Part shown: positions 35,990 to 45,450 of the stretch, in pieces
Layout: every line of letters starts with the position of its first letter
Numbering within the stretch: position 1 is the stretch's first letter
DNA from: Nitrospira sp.
GTDB lineage: Bacteria; Pseudomonadota; Gammaproteobacteria; Acidiferrobacterales; SPGG2
Length of the DNA stretch: 46,446 nucleotides
Assembly: GCA_019456345.1 (NCBI GenBank)
Contig: VRUB01000003.1
Span: 1 to 46,446 of the forward strand
Direction of reading: 5' to 3'
Made by a program: the position numbers and the translations under genes
The notes under the pieces: generated by a model
Seen by the model: the letters and a program-made list of their open reading frames with translations, nothing else
Database searches by the model: none
What the model was told of the DNA's origin: nothing

Positions 35990-38137
35990 GTGGTAAATAA
36001 ACGCCTATTGTCAGCGTGGGTAACAGCATTCCTGGTAATGCTGGGTGGTGAGGTGCATGCGCTCACTCCACAAATACAGCTCCGCCAGCTCGACCACGCG
36101 GCGCAGTCGCTGAAGCAGGAGGTCTTCAAGCTCAACCGGGATCTGCTAATCCTCGGAGAGGAGCTGCGCTACCCCGCTGCGACGCGAGTCGCCGTGTTCT
36201 TGTCGGTGGATGCAAACCAGTCATTCCAGCTGAAATCCGTTGAAATCACGATTGACAACGAGGTGGTAGCGAGTCACCGATATACCGAGCGCGAGACCTC
36301 CGCACTCGTTCGCGGCGGGGTGCAACGGATCTACGTGGGGAATCTGGCCATTGGTGAGCACGAGCTCAATGCATCTGTCAGCGGCAAAGTTGCGAGCGGT
36401 AAAGATTACCGGCAAAGCGGCTCGATGATCTTTTACAAAAGGAACGGCCCGAAGTTCGTCGAAATGACTATCGTAAAACCCGCAGGCAAGCGACAACCCG
36501 AGCTCCACCTGCCGATGACGGTAGCGGACCGTCAGGCACGGCACGTGAAGGATCCCTATTTTGGGACGGTATTGTTCAATGTTTATCAGCAAAAATATTT
36601 TTCGACGGTGACTGGCCTGCTGGCGGCACAAGCAACAAATAACTTGTCGCAACACCAGCACGAGTCGCAGTGGCTACTGGGCGATCTGTATCTTGCTTAC
36701 GGGCTCCACCGCCAAGCCGCGCGGACGTTTGCGCGTTTGATGGACCAGGGTACACCGCCCGATGTAGCTGCGCGTGCTCGCTTTTATCTCGCGAAGAGGT
36801 GGTACCAGCGCGGCGATGTCAAACGGGCACAAGATGAGTTACTGCGTATGCAAGACCCGCTACCGGCGGATATCAAGGATCAACAGCAAGCGCTTCTGGC
36901 TCTGGTTCTTATGAAACGAAACCGCCCGGGCGAGGCCGTAGCCGTGCTGAGTCAGCTGCGAGGCAAATCGGGACGGGCCACCTATGCGCGCTACAACATG
37001 GGTGTGGGCCTAATACAGATCGGGCGCACCCAGGAGGGCGTGGCGCTATTGGGGAAGATCGCGCGCATGCGCGCCAGGAATGACGAAATGCTGGCGCTGC
37101 GAGACAAGGCGAACCTGGCGCTGGGTTTCGCGTTCCTCGGCCTGCCCGACCCCGGTAAGGCGAAATCCTACTTCCGCGAGGTGCGCCTCAGCGGACCGTT
37201 TTCCAACAAAGCGTTGCTCGGGCTCGGTTGGGCGCTGTCCGCCAGGGGCAAGCACAAACAGTCCCTGGTGCCGTGGATGGAGCTGCAGAAAAGAAACGGG
37301 GTCGACGTCGCAGTGCAAGAGGGCCTGCTGGCGGTACCGTACGCCTTGGCTGAGCTCGAAGCCTATAAACAGGCATTACAGAACTACGAGAACGCCATAG
37401 CCGTGTACAACGCCGAGATCGAGCGACTGCGACAAACGGTCGAGGATTTGCGTACAGGCAAGCGCCTGGCAAGCGTCGTTCCGCGAAGTCAACCCACTTT
37501 GACGGAGCGGATCTCGCCAGAGCAAATATTGCCCGACACGCCGGAAAACCGCTATCTCATCCGGCTGTTCGCGAGTAACGACTTTCATGAAGCACTTAAG
37601 AACTATCGTCACATGCAGACTCTGGCACGGCACCTGGATTGCTGGTCTGCGGCACTGGCTGGCAGCAACGAGCAAGACCTCGCGAGGGCGATAGCAACCG
37701 TTGAGCAAGAGCTTGCGAAAGCGCCCGGCAATGCAACTCTGGCCGATGACCAGGAAAATTGCGGACGGTTAATCGACTCGCGACATTGGCAATTCAGCCG
37801 TGGCTACAAGCCAAGCTTGTGGCAAACCAATGCCACCAGCAGCGCGCCCGCTGCGGCAATTGCCGCCGCGGGCTCGCGCATCTCCGTCTCGCAAAATGCA
37901 CCACAGCGAGAGGATGAAAGCCGCGAAGCCGCGGTCACGCGTCTCAGCGAGCTTCGCGCCCGCGTATCCCAGCTCAAAGCGGAAGTCGCTCGCGCCGTGG
38001 GCGCCCACGAGCAATACCTGCAGGACCGCGCGGCACAGGAGCTCGAGCGCCAGAAACAGCGCCTGCGGGCCTACGTCACGCAGGCGCGATTCGGCATCGC
38101 GCAAATTTACGATCGCGCATCAAATCGCGCCCAGTAA
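35990..38137 (+). CDS. Secreted TPR protein with an extra N-terminal domain (Glt-like cluster)
   Basis: Signal peptide, N-terminal coiled coil plus beta domain, TPRs, C-terminal QARFGIAQIYDRA. Confidence 0.8.
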   Translation: MVNKRLLSAWVTAFLVMLGGEVHALTPQIQLRQLDHAAQSLKQEVFKLNRDLLILGEELRYPAATRVAVFLSVDANQSFQLKSVEITIDNEVVASHRYTERETSALVRGGVQRIYVGNLAIGEHELNASVSGKVASGKDYRQSGSMIFYKRNGPKFVEMTIVKPAGKRQPELHLPMTVADRQARHVKDPYFGTVLFNVYQQKYFSTVTGLLAAQATNNLSQHQHESQWLLGDLYLAYGLHRQAARTFARLMDQGTPPDVAARARFYLAKRWYQRGDVKRAQDELLRMQDPLPADIKDQQQALLALVLMKRNRPGEAVAVLSQLRGKSGRATYARYNMGVGLIQIGRTQEGVALLGKIARMRARNDEMLALRDKANLALGFAFLGLPDPGKAKSYFREVRLSGPFSNKALLGLGWALSARGKHKQSLVPWMELQKRNGVDVAVQEGLLAVPYALAELEAYKQALQNYENAIAVYNAEIERLRQTVEDLRTGKRLASVVPRSQPTLTERISPEQILPDTPENRYLIRLFASNDFHEALKNYRHMQTLARHLDCWSAALAGSNEQDLARAIATVEQELAKAPGNATLADDQENCGRLIDSRHWQFSRGYKPSLWQTNATSSAPAAAIAAAGSRISVSQNAPQREDESREAAVTRLSELRARVSQLKAEVARAVGAHEQYLQDRAAQELERQKQRLRAYVTQARFGIAQIYDRASNRAQ

Positions 38138-38142
38138 GCACG

Positions 38143-40953
38143 ATGTCAACTCGCTGTTACACCGCACTGATTCTTGGTCTCGTTTTAACGGGGTGTGTCT
38201 CGGCGCCGACCGATAACACAATCAAAAGCATCGAGGAGCAGGAAATTCAAGTACAAAGACAGGCCCCGGAGCAAACCGGGCGAGCGAAGGCGATCGAGAG
38301 TTACCGCGAGTTCTTGCATAAGGAAGAGAACGACCTGCTGCGGGCCGAGGCGATGCGACGGCTGGCGGACCTGGAGTTGGAGCGGTCTGAAGCTGCCTAT
38401 CTCGAGGAGGTAAGAAAACTCGAAACAGATACGAAAAATAAAGATGTGCTCAAACCGGCCGATTACGCCAAGGCTATCGAAACTTATCGAGAGCTGCTCC
38501 GGACTCATCCGAGTTACGCGGGGAACGATCACGTGTTATACCAGCTTGCCCACGCCTATGAGCAGAGCGGGAACTACCCTCAAGCTCTCCGCACCCTGAA
38601 TCAGCTGGTTACGTTGTATCCGAACGTGAAGTTCATTGACGAGGTTCAGTTTCGGCGCGGTGAGCTCCTTTTTGTAATGAAGTCATACCGTAAAGCCGAA
38701 CGCGCGTATCGCGCCGTTCTGAAAATTGGCGACACGTCACTATATTTCGAGAGAGCGCTGTACAAGGGCGGGTGGTCACAATTCAAACAATCACGTTACG
38801 ATTCAGCGCTTAAATCGTTTTTCAGCCTGCTTGACCGCAATTTCAGCAAGAACAAATCGGGGCGATCCACAGCTGCGCCGAAACCGCGAGCCGAAAGGGA
38901 GCTCAATAATGACACATTCCGGGTAATTAGCTTGAGCTTCTCTTATCTTGGCGGCGAGAAATCAATTACCAAGTATTTCAAAAAAAACGGCACACGCCCC
39001 TACGAGGCCCCGGTCTACAACAACCTAGGCCGCCTGTATATCGCGCAAGAACGTTACCAGGATGCGGCCAATGTCTTTATCGAGTTTATCAAGCAGCATG
39101 CGAACGACCGCCGTGCACCGAGCTTCCAGTTGAAGGTCATCGAGGCCTATACGCAGGCGGGTTTTCCGACACTGCTGATCACGGCCAAGGAGGATTATGT
39201 CGTCCGCTATGGTGTCGGCACCAAATTCTGGGCCATGCACGACGATGACACCCACGTATCGATTGCACCGCATCTGAAGAGCAATATCGAAGATCTTGCG
39301 CGTCATTTCCACGCGCGGGCGCAACGCACCGGAAAAACTACAGATTACGATCTGGCCGCCCGCTGGTACGCAGAGTTCGTGGACGAGTTTCCAGACGACG
39401 CGCGCGCGCCCAGAATGATCTTCTTGTTAGCGGAGACGCTGTCGGAGGGAAAACGGTACGCCGAAGCAGCGATCCAGTATGAAAAAACGGCCTACGAGTT
39501 TCCACCGCATGCCGATAGCGCCGAAGCGGGTTACGCTGCGTTGCTCGTCCACAAGAAACGCGAACAGCAGCTACGCGGCCGCAAGCAACAAGAGTACCAG
39601 CAACGTACCATCGCGAGTGCGTTGCGCTTCGGGAATGCCTTCCCTCGCGACAAGCGGGCAGCCGCCGTTCTAACCAAGGCTGCGGAAGACCTGTTTGCCT
39701 TGAAGCAACCGGAGCCAGCAGCCCAAGCCGCGCGCCGTGTTATTGCCATGAAGCCACAGCCAGCACTGCGCCGCACAGCCTGGACCGTTGTTGCCCATGT
39801 CGACTTTGACAAGGGGTCTTACCGGCAAGCTGAAGCGGCCTACAAGGCGGTGTTGCGTCTCACACCGGGCGGTGATCCGCAACGTCCCGCACTGGTCGAG
39901 CGTCTGGCCTCATCTGTTTACAAGCAAGGAGAGCAACAACGCGCCACTGGCGACCTGCGCGGTGCTGTGACGCATTTTCTTCGGGTGAAGAACATCGCAC
40001 CAACCTCAGCGATAACGCCCACCGCCGAGTACGACGCGGCCGCGGGCCTCATCGCCTTGAAGGACTGGCGTGGTGCAGTGAAGGTGCTTGAGGGATTTCG
40101 CAGAGAATTTCCAAACCACTCACTGCAACGCGATGTCCCTGAAAAGCTGGCGGCGGCCTACATGGAAGGCCGGCAATGGTCGCGCGCAGCGGCGGCGTTC
40201 GAGGAAATCGCGCAGCGCCGGCAAGACCCACGGGTACAGCAGGAAGCTCTCTGGCAGGCCGCCGAGCTGTATGAAAAGGACGCGCGCAACGAATCCGCAG
40301 CCGCTGTATACAAACGCTACGTCGCCCTGTTTCCGGGCTCCTTCGAGCGCGCCATGGAGGCACGCTACCGGCTCGCGCAGCTCTATGCCAAGGGCGGGCG
40401 TCGCGCAGACTACTATTATTGGCTAGGCAAGATCGTTGCGGCGGCAGATGCCGGTGGACGGGCACAGACCGATCGCACCAACTATTTGGCGGCAAAAGCC
40501 ACGTTTTTGCTCGCGGAACGCGCGCACCAGCAGTTTCGGAAGGTACGTCTGGTGATTCCGCTGCGGCAAAGTCTCAAGGCCAAGAAGCAGAAGATGCAGG
40601 TAGCGCTGAAGGAGTACGGGCGCGCGGCCGATTACGGCGTTGCCGAGTTTACAACGGCAGCGACCTATCGCATCGCCGAGGTCTACCACAGCCTGAGCCG
40701 GGATCTGCTGACTTCAGAGCGGCCACGTGGGTTGTCTCCTCAGGAGCTCGAACAGTACGACGTGTTGCTTGAGGAGCAAGCCTATCCGTTCGAGGAGAAG
40801 GCAATCGAAATTCACGAGATAAACGTGCAGCGCGTTACCGACAACGTTTACGACGAATGGGTAAGAAAGAGCTTCGAGCAGTTGCGCAATCTGCACCCGG
40901 TACAGTATGCAAAGTTTGAAAAAAGCGAGGCCGTGAGCGATGCGATCAAATAG
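38143..40953 (+). CDS. Large TPR lipoprotein (GltD/AgmU-like)
   Basis: Lipobox LTGC, many TPRs, C-terminal LEEQAYPFEEKAI motif. Confidence 0.85.
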   Translation: MSTRCYTALILGLVLTGCVSAPTDNTIKSIEEQEIQVQRQAPEQTGRAKAIESYREFLHKEENDLLRAEAMRRLADLELERSEAAYLEEVRKLETDTKNKDVLKPADYAKAIETYRELLRTHPSYAGNDHVLYQLAHAYEQSGNYPQALRTLNQLVTLYPNVKFIDEVQFRRGELLFVMKSYRKAERAYRAVLKIGDTSLYFERALYKGGWSQFKQSRYDSALKSFFSLLDRNFSKNKSGRSTAAPKPRAERELNNDTFRVISLSFSYLGGEKSITKYFKKNGTRPYEAPVYNNLGRLYIAQERYQDAANVFIEFIKQHANDRRAPSFQLKVIEAYTQAGFPTLLITAKEDYVVRYGVGTKFWAMHDDDTHVSIAPHLKSNIEDLARHFHARAQRTGKTTDYDLAARWYAEFVDEFPDDARAPRMIFLLAETLSEGKRYAEAAIQYEKTAYEFPPHADSAEAGYAALLVHKKREQQLRGRKQQEYQQRTIASALRFGNAFPRDKRAAAVLTKAAEDLFALKQPEPAAQAARRVIAMKPQPALRRTAWTVVAHVDFDKGSYRQAEAAYKAVLRLTPGGDPQRPALVERLASSVYKQGEQQRATGDLRGAVTHFLRVKNIAPTSAITPTAEYDAAAGLIALKDWRGAVKVLEGFRREFPNHSLQRDVPEKLAAAYMEGRQWSRAAAAFEEIAQRRQDPRVQQEALWQAAELYEKDARNESAAAVYKRYVALFPGSFERAMEARYRLAQLYAKGGRRADYYYWLGKIVAAADAGGRAQTDRTNYLAAKATFLLAERAHQQFRKVRLVIPLRQSLKAKKQKMQVALKEYGRAADYGVAEFTTAATYRIAEVYHSLSRDLLTSERPRGLSPQELEQYDVLLEEQAYPFEEKAIEIHEINVQRVTDNVYDEWVRKSFEQLRNLHPVQYAKFEKSEAVSDAIK

Positions 40954-41581
40954 CGCCCTGGTATTTTCGCTGGTTGTGTGCGTGGCCTGGCTTTCCGGTT
41001 GTACCGTGCCCGCACAGCGTCCGGTCGAATCGCAACCCGCTGCGACAGCGGCAGGTGCGTCCAGCGCGGGCAAAACATCGACTATCGACCCGCTGGCTAT
41101 GAGAGAGCACGAACGCGCGCTGGCAGCAATAAAGGCAAAACGCAACGCGCAGGCAGAACAAATACTGCTGGCGATGACACGGAGCTACAGCCAGTTCGCC
41201 GGACCTCATGTGAACCTGGGCATCATTTATCACCGAACTGGGCGGGATCGTGAGGCAGAGCAAGCGTTCCACCAGGCTATCGCGATCAATCCGGAGCGGG
41301 CAGACGCTTACAACCACCTTGGCATTGTGATGCGCGAAAATGGGCGCTTCAGTGAGGCGCGCGAAGCATACGAAAACGCCCTCAAGATTGATCCTTCTTA
41401 TGCCTATGCGTACCTCAATCTGGGCATTCTCTACGACTTGTACCTGTTGAACGCCAAGAAGGCACTGAAACATTACGAGCTGTATCAAAAGCTGGTGAGC
41501 ACGCCCGATCCCGGCGTGGCCAAATGGGTGGTGGATCTAAGAAGACGTATGAAGCGCCATCAAAAGACTGCGGGGAGGTAA
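40940..41581 (+). CDS. TPR lipoprotein (GltE-like)
   Basis: Lipobox LSGC; TPRs with NLGI, AYNHLG and NLGILYDLY. Confidence 0.85.
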   Translation: MRSNSALVFSLVVCVAWLSGCTVPAQRPVESQPAATAAGASSAGKTSTIDPLAMREHERALAAIKAKRNAQAEQILLAMTRSYSQFAGPHVNLGIIYHRTGRDREAEQAFHQAIAINPERADAYNHLGIVMRENGRFSEAREAYENALKIDPSYAYAYLNLGILYDLYLLNAKKALKHYELYQKLVSTPDPGVAKWVVDLRRRMKRHQKTAGR

Positions 41582-41583
41582 CC

Positions 41584-41886
41584 ATGATGAAGCACCTTGT
41601 CACTGTGCCCCTGCTCTTGTACGCGCTTGCAATGACAAATGTGCACGCGCAGGATCGTGTGGAGCTGCCGGGAACCTCGATTATCGGAAACCGAGAGCTG
41701 CCAAAGGTTCTGTACATCGTTCCCTGGAAGCGACCGAACGCGGACAACCTGATGGGAAATCCCGTTGGAAGGCTGGTTAATGAGGCCCTCAGCGCTGTGG
41801 ACCGCGATGTTTTTCTCAGACAAATCGAGTATCACGACATTATTGCCAATACCCACACCTCAACCGACTCGGTGTTAAAGAAATAA
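41584..41886 (+). CDS. Small secreted protein (GltF-like)
   Basis: Signal peptide and IIGNRELPKVLYIVPWK motif; GGAGG RBS. Confidence 0.75.
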   Translation: MMKHLVTVPLLLYALAMTNVHAQDRVELPGTSIIGNRELPKVLYIVPWKRPNADNLMGNPVGRLVNEALSAVDRDVFLRQIEYHDIIANTHTSTDSVLKK

Positions 41887-41930
41887 ATTCCCTGTCATTT
41901 ATCGCTTTAGAATTCTGTTTGGAGGTTACT

Positions 41931-42578
41931 ATGGAAACTTACGGCACGATAGTCCGTTTCTTTCAAGACGGCGGCATATTCATGTATCCGATCATGATTG
42001 TGCTCGCATTAGGTATAAGCATCGCTATTGAACGTTATTTCCATTTGAGCCGTTCGACCAGCGTAAACAAAAAAACCTGGCACGAGCTTATGCCGCTGAT
42101 TAAGGCAGGAGAATATAAAAGGGCGCTTGCCGTATCCACAGAATCCAAGGCAGCTATCGGAAAGATCATGAACTATGGCCTTTCACGCACCACAACGGCG
42201 CGGCGGCGCGATGATATCGAAACTGCCATGGAAGAAGGTCTAATGGAAGTCGTGCCGTCTCTGGAAAAACGTACGCACTATATCGCCACGTTCGCGAATA
42301 TTGCGACGTTGCTGGGGCTACTCGGCACCATCGTCGGTCTTATCAGCGCCTTTACCGCCGTCTCACACGCGGATCCCGCAGAAAAGGCAGATCTTTTGTC
42401 GGCAAGCATCTCGGTTGCGATGAATACCACGGCATTCGGCCTGATGGCGGCAATCCCGCTGCTGCTCATCTACTCGGTCCTACAGTCCAAGACCACCACG
42501 TTGGTCGATAGCCTGGAGATGGCATCGGTCAAGTTCATAAACATGCTCACGGAGCAGAAGAAGGCAAGCGGAGCCTAA
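41931..42578 (+). CDS. MotA/TolQ/ExbB proton channel protein (AglR-like)
   Basis: ATLLGLLGTIVGLI and AMNTTAFGL TM motifs; GGAGG RBS. Confidence 0.93.
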   Translation: METYGTIVRFFQDGGIFMYPIMIVLALGISIAIERYFHLSRSTSVNKKTWHELMPLIKAGEYKRALAVSTESKAAIGKIMNYGLSRTTTARRRDDIETAMEEGLMEVVPSLEKRTHYIATFANIATLLGLLGTIVGLISAFTAVSHADPAEKADLLSASISVAMNTTAFGLMAAIPLLLIYSVLQSKTTTLVDSLEMASVKFINMLTEQKKASGA

Positions 42579-42580
42579 TC

Positions 42581-43096
42581 ATGAGATACCGCAGGCGGCG
42601 ACTGAAAAACGACACGACGGAGTTAAATATCACCGCCTTTATGAATCTCATGGTGATACTCGTGCCGTTCCTGCTGATCACTGCGGTGTTCTCACCCATC
42701 ACGATAATGGAACTGAATCTGCCGCCGGCGTCCTCAGGCGAGCTGAGTTCGAAAAAAGACCTGGAGCTGGAAATCATCCTGCGCAAGGATGCGTTGGTGG
42801 TGGGTGACCGAAATAGCGGATTGATAAGGCGCATCAAAAACAACGGCGGCGCCTATGATCTGGAATCGTTGTCGCAGCTCCTGCAACAGATCAAGGCGCA
42901 GTTTCCCGACAAGGACAATGCGATGATCTTGGCGGAAGCGACGACTTCTTATGACTCCCTGGTACAGGTAATGGATGCCGTGCGGCTCGTGGAGGTACTG
43001 CAGGATGAGTCGCTCGTACAGGCCGAGCTGTTTCCCGACATATCCATTGGTGATGCGCCGATGGCCGCCACTGCCCGCAAACGACGCAAGCGGTAA
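42581..43096 (+). CDS. ExbD/TolR family protein (Asn at the conserved Asp position)
   Basis: ELNITAFMNLMVILVPFLL single TM; YDSLVQVMDA motif. Confidence 0.9.
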   Translation: MRYRRRRLKNDTTELNITAFMNLMVILVPFLLITAVFSPITIMELNLPPASSGELSSKKDLELEIILRKDALVVGDRNSGLIRRIKNNGGAYDLESLSQLLQQIKAQFPDKDNAMILAEATTSYDSLVQVMDAVRLVEVLQDESLVQAELFPDISIGDAPMAATARKRRKR

Positions 43097-43102
43097 CGAA
43101 CC

Positions 43103-43603
43103 ATGAAGCTGTCGCGCAGAGCCATAAGAATGCAACGTCACCATGACCGTAGAAAGCCATTTACCGGCTTTAACATGGTGGCGCTGATGGACATCTTTAC
43201 GATACTCGTGTTCTTCTTGCTGGTGAACTCGGGCGAGGTACAGGTGCTGCCCACAACCAAGAGCTTGAAGTTGCCGGAATCCGTCGCCACCAAGAGGCCG
43301 GAAGAGACCCTGGTGATAATGGTCACTGATCAGGACATCCTGATCCGAGGTAAAAGGATCGTATCTGTAGCCGCCATTATTGATTCCCCGTCGCTGGTGA
43401 TCGAGCCGTTAAAAGCAGAGTTGGATTATCTTTCCAAGCGTTCTCGGGGCAAGCGCGAATCATCCACCCGGCGTGCAATCACCATTATGGGGGACAAAGA
43501 GATTCCCTTTAAGCTTCTGAAGAAGGTAATGGTTACCTGCACGCGTGCTAACTACACAACCATTTCGCTCGCAGTTCTGAAGAAAACGCGCCAGGGAGAC
43601 TAA
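43103..43603 (+). CDS. ExbD/TolR family protein
   Basis: NMVALMDIFTILVFFLL TM; GDKEIPFKLLKKVM. Confidence 0.9.
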   Translation: MKLSRRAIRMQRHHDRRKPFTGFNMVALMDIFTILVFFLLVNSGEVQVLPTTKSLKLPESVATKRPEETLVIMVTDQDILIRGKRIVSVAAIIDSPSLVIEPLKAELDYLSKRSRGKRESSTRRAITIMGDKEIPFKLLKKVMVTCTRANYTTISLAVLKKTRQGD

Positions 43604-43607
43604 GACG

Positions 43608-44546
43608 GTGACGGTTGCGCAACTCTCCTACCACTCACCTTATCTCCCGTGGTTGGTATCGCAGGAGGAAAAACGCCGTTTTCGGAAGATCGTCCAATGG
43701 GTCTTTGGCCTTTGTCTTGTGCTCGCGCTCATCGTGCCGTTTCTGCCGGTCCCGGAAGTCGATCGTGAGAAGGCCGAAACCTTGCCGCCCCGGATGGCCA
43801 AGCTGGTTCTCGAGCGCAAGAAAGCCAAGTCCCCTCCCCCGGTCGAGGCACCGGTGCTCGCGCCGAAACAGCAAAAAACAAAAAAGCCGCCCAAGCTGAA
43901 AAAGCAAATGAAACCGGAGAAGACGGTGCAGGACGTACGAACAGCCCGCAAGAAAGTCGAGCGTGCCGGTCTGCTTGCGTTCAAGGATGAGCTCGCGGCG
44001 TTGCGTGATAACTCGGTTGTGGCGGGGTTGAAAAAAGACAGGCGATTGCAACGGGGATCCGGTGAGACAGCGCCAAAGCCGGAGCGTTTCGTGATCGTCG
44101 CGAACGCAGCCAAAACAAGCGGCGGGATTAACACGTCGGATCTCAGCCGCGATACCGGCGGCAGCACCCTTTCCGGGCGGACAAGCACCAAGGTCAACAG
44201 TCCGATTAGCCGCACCCAACAAGCACGCGCATCGCGCAGCCGAAACCGGCGCAAGGCATCACGTACCATCGAAGAAATACAGCTGGTCTTCGACAGAAAT
44301 AAATCGGCCATTTACACGATTTATAATCGTGCGCTGCGCAAGGATCCTACGCTGGAAGGCAAGGTCGTTCTGAAAATAACCATCAAGCCCTCCGGAAAGG
44401 TCACGGCCTGCGAGATCGTGTCTAGCGAGCTCGGCGATCCCAAACTCGAGCGAAAGATCGTTACACGGGTTATGCTTTTTGATTTCGGCAACAAAGACGT
44501 GGAGACCATGGTAGTCACCTACCCAATAGATTTCCTGCCTTCTTAA
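43608..44546 (+). CDS. TonB-like energy transducer with an AgmX/PglI-type C-terminal domain (GltG-like)
   Basis: N-terminal TM, Pro/Lys-rich linker, YNRALRKDPTLEGKVVLKITIKPSGKV TonB_C-like domain. Confidence 0.88.
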   Translation: MTVAQLSYHSPYLPWLVSQEEKRRFRKIVQWVFGLCLVLALIVPFLPVPEVDREKAETLPPRMAKLVLERKKAKSPPPVEAPVLAPKQQKTKKPPKLKKQMKPEKTVQDVRTARKKVERAGLLAFKDELAALRDNSVVAGLKKDRRLQRGSGETAPKPERFVIVANAAKTSGGINTSDLSRDTGGSTLSGRTSTKVNSPISRTQQARASRSRNRRKASRTIEEIQLVFDRNKSAIYTIYNRALRKDPTLEGKVVLKITIKPSGKVTACEIVSSELGDPKLERKIVTRVMLFDFGNKDVETMVVTYPIDFLPS

Positions 44547-44682
44547 GACTCTGGCTCCGACGCAGCACGGGCGGAAACCGGTGAAACCCGGCGCCGGGTG
44601 CTGACACCGACGGCAGCCAGCGTGTGAGGTAGTGCGTGCTCCGCGTAGTAACAACGTCCACTTCACGACCCGCACGGTTGGA

Positions 44683-45447
44683 ATGCAGAAGCTACACGTT
44701 CTAACGCACAAAGAAGAGCTCGACCCGCAGCGCTTATCCGACAAGGTGGTGGTCGTACTGGATGTGCTGTTTGCCACCTCCACCATGATCGCGGCCTTGC
44801 AGCACGGGGCAGCGAACGTGACGCCTGCCATGGATGAGGCCGCCGCGCGCGCGGAGACATTGAAGTGCGCTGACGGCCGTTACGTCCTGGCAGGCGAGTG
44901 GCATCGCAAGCGCATCCCCGGTTTCGCGCACTACGCCCCGCTGGCGTTGCTCGCGCATGACGTCAGCGACAAACGGGTGATCTACGCGACCACCAACGGC
45001 ACGGTGGCGCTGCTGCAGGCCGCAAGCGCGCCCCATGTTTACGCCGCGGCGCTGCTCAACGGCGACGCGGTGGCACGCCATATCTGCGCGACCCACTCCG
45101 AGGAGACCGTACTTATTCTGTGCGCCGGTTCGCGCAGCGCTTTGACACTGGAGGACCTGTACGGGGCCGGGTTGCTGGCGGACCGACTTGTGGCCGGGCT
45201 CGAACAACGTTGGGCATTGACCGACACCACTCAGGCGGCGCTCAGGCTCTACCGCAGCGGCGATGCACTCGAATGCCTGCAAAATTCTCGCATTGGCCGC
45301 ATCATGAAAGCCGACGGCTTGGCCGAAGAGGTCCGCTTTGCCGCCCGCGTAGACGTGTTCGACATTGTACCCGCCTTGGTAGACGGCCGGCTGAAGCCTG
45401 TTAACGGCGCCGCGCAGGAGCCCCCGATACCGACTGCAAGGCCTTAG
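44683..45447 (+). CDS. comB: 2-phosphosulfolactate phosphatase family protein
   Basis: VVLDVLFATSTM, LAGE, TTNGTVAL, LCAG..LED motifs. Confidence 0.88.
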   Translation: MQKLHVLTHKEELDPQRLSDKVVVVLDVLFATSTMIAALQHGAANVTPAMDEAAARAETLKCADGRYVLAGEWHRKRIPGFAHYAPLALLAHDVSDKRVIYATTNGTVALLQAASAPHVYAAALLNGDAVARHICATHSEETVLILCAGSRSALTLEDLYGAGLLADRLVAGLEQRWALTDTTQAALRLYRSGDALECLQNSRIGRIMKADGLAEEVRFAARVDVFDIVPALVDGRLKPVNGAAQEPPIPTARP

Positions 45448-45450
45448 CGT

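Noticed and set aside
35545-36135. 196-aa minus-strand ORF in the lvaE-TPR spacer
   Set aside because: Overlaps both flanking genes; Arg/Ala/Pro-rich with no motif
41931-44546. Ordinary TonB-ExbBD iron uptake or Tol-Pal system
   Set aside because: Two ExbDs and TPR partners with no receptor, tolB or pal; fits the Agl-Glt-like core better
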